Positions 62,411 to 64,000 of a stretch of 64,000 bases of DNA are shown here, one piece after another. How positions within the stretch are numbered: the first letter of the stretch is position 1; each line of letters opens with the position of its first letter. The stretch is taken from positions 7,300 through 71,299 of the forward strand of contig CALUSW010000001.1 of the NCBI GenBank assembly GCA_944323535.1. Reading direction: 5' to 3'. Source of the stretch: Candidatus Gastranaerophilales bacterium (lineage in GTDB: Bacteria > Cyanobacteriota > Vampirovibrionia > Gastranaerophilales > Gastranaerophilaceae). Both the position numbers and the translations under genes were made by a program. The notes beneath the pieces are model-generated. The model ran no database searches, had not been told where the DNA came from, and worked only from the letters and a program-made list of their open reading frames with translations.

Positions 62411-64000
62411 ATGTCAAAGCAAAAATATTCTGAGAGAATAACTCCGATGGGCATGCCCAAAACAAGATTGGATGATTTGCCGGACTTAATTGAAATTCAG
62501 AAGAAGTCATTTGAGTGGTTTTTAAAAGAAGGATTGAAAGAAGAATTTCTTTCATATTCTCCTATTAAAGACTATACAGGCAGATTAGAATTACATTTTC
62601 TTCCTAATTATACCTTCGATAATCCGAAGTATTCATTGGAAGAAGCAAGAATTCACGATGCAACATATGCTAAACAGCTTCGTGTAATGGCCAGACTTGT
62701 AAACCGTGATACGGGTGAAATAAAAGAACAGGAAGTATATATAGGAGATATTCCTACAATGACAAATAAAGGTACGTTTATAGTAAACGGTGCCGAACGT
62801 GTTGTTGTATCACAAATTGTTCGTTCACCCGGTATATATTTTAAACGTGAGATATCTCCTACGGGTAAACGTTTATTCAATGCGACTCTTATTCCGAACA
62901 GAGGAGCCTGGTTAAAAATTGAAACGGACGCTAATGATATAATTTATGTAAAAATAGATAAAAACCGTAAAATATTAGCAACTACTTTATTAAAAGCATT
63001 AGGCATAACAGTTTCTGAAATGGAAACATTGTTTACCCATTTTGAATTTTTAAAGAAAACTCTTGAAAAAGACACAACCGAAACTACGGATGATGCTTTA
63101 ATTGAAGTATATAAGAAATTAAGACCCGGAGATCCCGCATCTGCCTCAGGCGGCCGTTCAATTATTGAATCAAGATTTTTTGATGACAAGAAATATGATA
63201 TAGGCAGAGTAGGTCGTTATAAATTAAATAAAAAACTTAACTTAAATATCGCAGAAACACAAAGAACACTAACGATACAGGATTTGGTTGCTGCTGTAGA
63301 ATATTTAATAAACCTTACTTACGATGAAGGCAGCTGTGATGATATCGACCATTTGGGCAACAGAAGAATAAGAAGTGTAGGCGAGTTATTGCAAAACCAG
63401 TTCAGAGTAGGTTTATCAAGAATTGAAAGAATAGTTAAAGAAAGAATGACTCTTCAAAATTCTGAAACACTTACTCCGTTAAATCTGTTAAATACAAAAC
63501 CGTTAATAGCTTCTTTAAAAGAGTTCTTCGGTTCTTCCCAATTATCTCAGTTCATGGATCAGACCAACCCGTTGGCTGAATTAACTCATAAAAGACGTAT
63601 TTCGGCATTGGGACCAGGTGGTCTTGTAAGAGAAAGAGCCGGATTTGCGGTTCGTGATATTCACCCTTCGCATTACGGAAGAATCTGTCCTGTTGAAACA
63701 CCTGAAGGACCTAATGCAGGTTTGATAGGATCGTTAGCTACACACGCAAGAGTAAACGACTACGGGTTTATTGAAACACCATACTTTGTTGTAAAAGACG
63801 GTGTTGTTACGGATGAAGTACATTACATGAGCGCTGATGAAGAAGAAAACTTCCGTGTAGCTCCTTCTGATTTGACATTAAATGAAGATAAAAGTATTAA
63901 ATCCCAATATGTGCCGATTCGTTATAAATCTGAATTCACAATGGGTGAATCAAAACGTGTTGACTATATGGGGGTTTCTCCGATACAGATTATTTCTGTT
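62411..64000 (+). CDS. rpoB: DNA-directed RNA polymerase beta subunit, 5' part (continues beyond the window)
   Basis: ATG 62411 after [19 protein letters not shown]...[16 protein letters not shown]...[24 protein letters not shown]...[18 protein letters not shown]...[13 protein letters not shown]...[22 protein letters not shown]. The frame stays open to the window edge. Confidence 0.97.
   Translation, partial: MSKQKYSERITPMGMPKTRLDDLPDLIEIQKKSFEWFLKEGLKEEFLSYSPIKDYTGRLELHFLPNYTFDNPKYSLEEARIHDATYAKQLRVMARLVNRDTGEIKEQEVYIGDIPTMTNKGTFIVNGAERVVVSQIVRSPGIYFKREISPTGKRLFNATLIPNRGAWLKIETDANDIIYVKIDKNRKILATTLLKALGITVSEMETLFTHFEFLKKTLEKDTTETTDDALIEVYKKLRPGDPASASGGRSIIESRFFDDKKYDIGRVGRYKLNKKLNLNIAETQRTLTIQDLVAAVEYLINLTYDEGSCDDIDHLGNRRIRSVGELLQNQFRVGLSRIERIVKERMTLQNSETLTPLNLLNTKPLIASLKEFFGSSQLSQFMDQTNPLAELTHKRRISALGPGGLVRERAGFAVRDIHPSHYGRICPVETPEGPNAGLIGSLATHARVNDYGFIETPYFVVKDGVVTDEVHYMSADEEENFRVAPSDLTLNEDKSIKSQYVPIRYKSEFTMGESKRVDYMGVSPIQIISV

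Noticed and set aside
1-64000. Mobile elements, prophage, defence islands, tRNA or rRNA genes
   Set aside because: I found no transposase, integrase, recombinase, restriction, Cas or phage structural signatures in any frame, and no tRNA-like T-arm/acceptor pattern or rRNA-like sequence on reading the intergenic regions. This is a by-eye negative and should be confirmed with tRNAscan-SE, Infernal and ISEScan.

Overview
AT-rich, densely coding bacterial chromosomal segment with about 60 protein genes and no rRNA, tRNA, CRISPR array, transposase, integrase or phage gene that I could recognise. Most genes are housekeeping: a sigma-70 factor, rpsA, hisD, trpS, wecB, polA, pyk, lpdA, pgi, rpmH-rnpA, proC, purH, tsaC, murJ and the 5' part of rpoB, which runs off the right edge. 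The RpoB N-terminus ([16 protein letters not shown]...[10 protein letters not shown]...[24 protein letters not shown]) resembles cyanobacterial-type RpoB from memory. Together with HydF, an NfnA-like protein and the absence of photosynthesis genes, this suggests a non-photosynthetic Melainabacteria/Vampirovibrionia-like anaerobe; that is an inference, not a demonstration. Items that deserve a second look: (1) a tightly coupled five-gene minus-strand operon thiS-mnmA-bioB-thiF/moeB-cysK (3239-7092), in which MnmA and BioB both carry non-canonical cysteine patterns; (2) a TPR / DUF5989 / SxtJ / carbamoyltransferase cluster (29926-34078) of unknown function; (3) a dispersed hairpin-containing repeat family that sits in all four of the longest intergenic gaps (about 9.7, 29.7, 41.4 and 62.05 kb); (4) a P-loop kinase resembling animal-type phosphomevalonate kinase, translationally coupled to rpsA; (5) a HisA-HisI-HisE tri-domain fusion; (6) an acidic protein carrying 8.5 near-identical 45-bp in-frame tandem repeats, divergent from a LysM-like membrane protein; (7) several orphan proteins and small unannotated ORFs. 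Several start codons were moved relative to the ORF track on the basis of RBS position and neighbouring-gene overlap. All family assignments come from motif recognition by eye; no searches were run.
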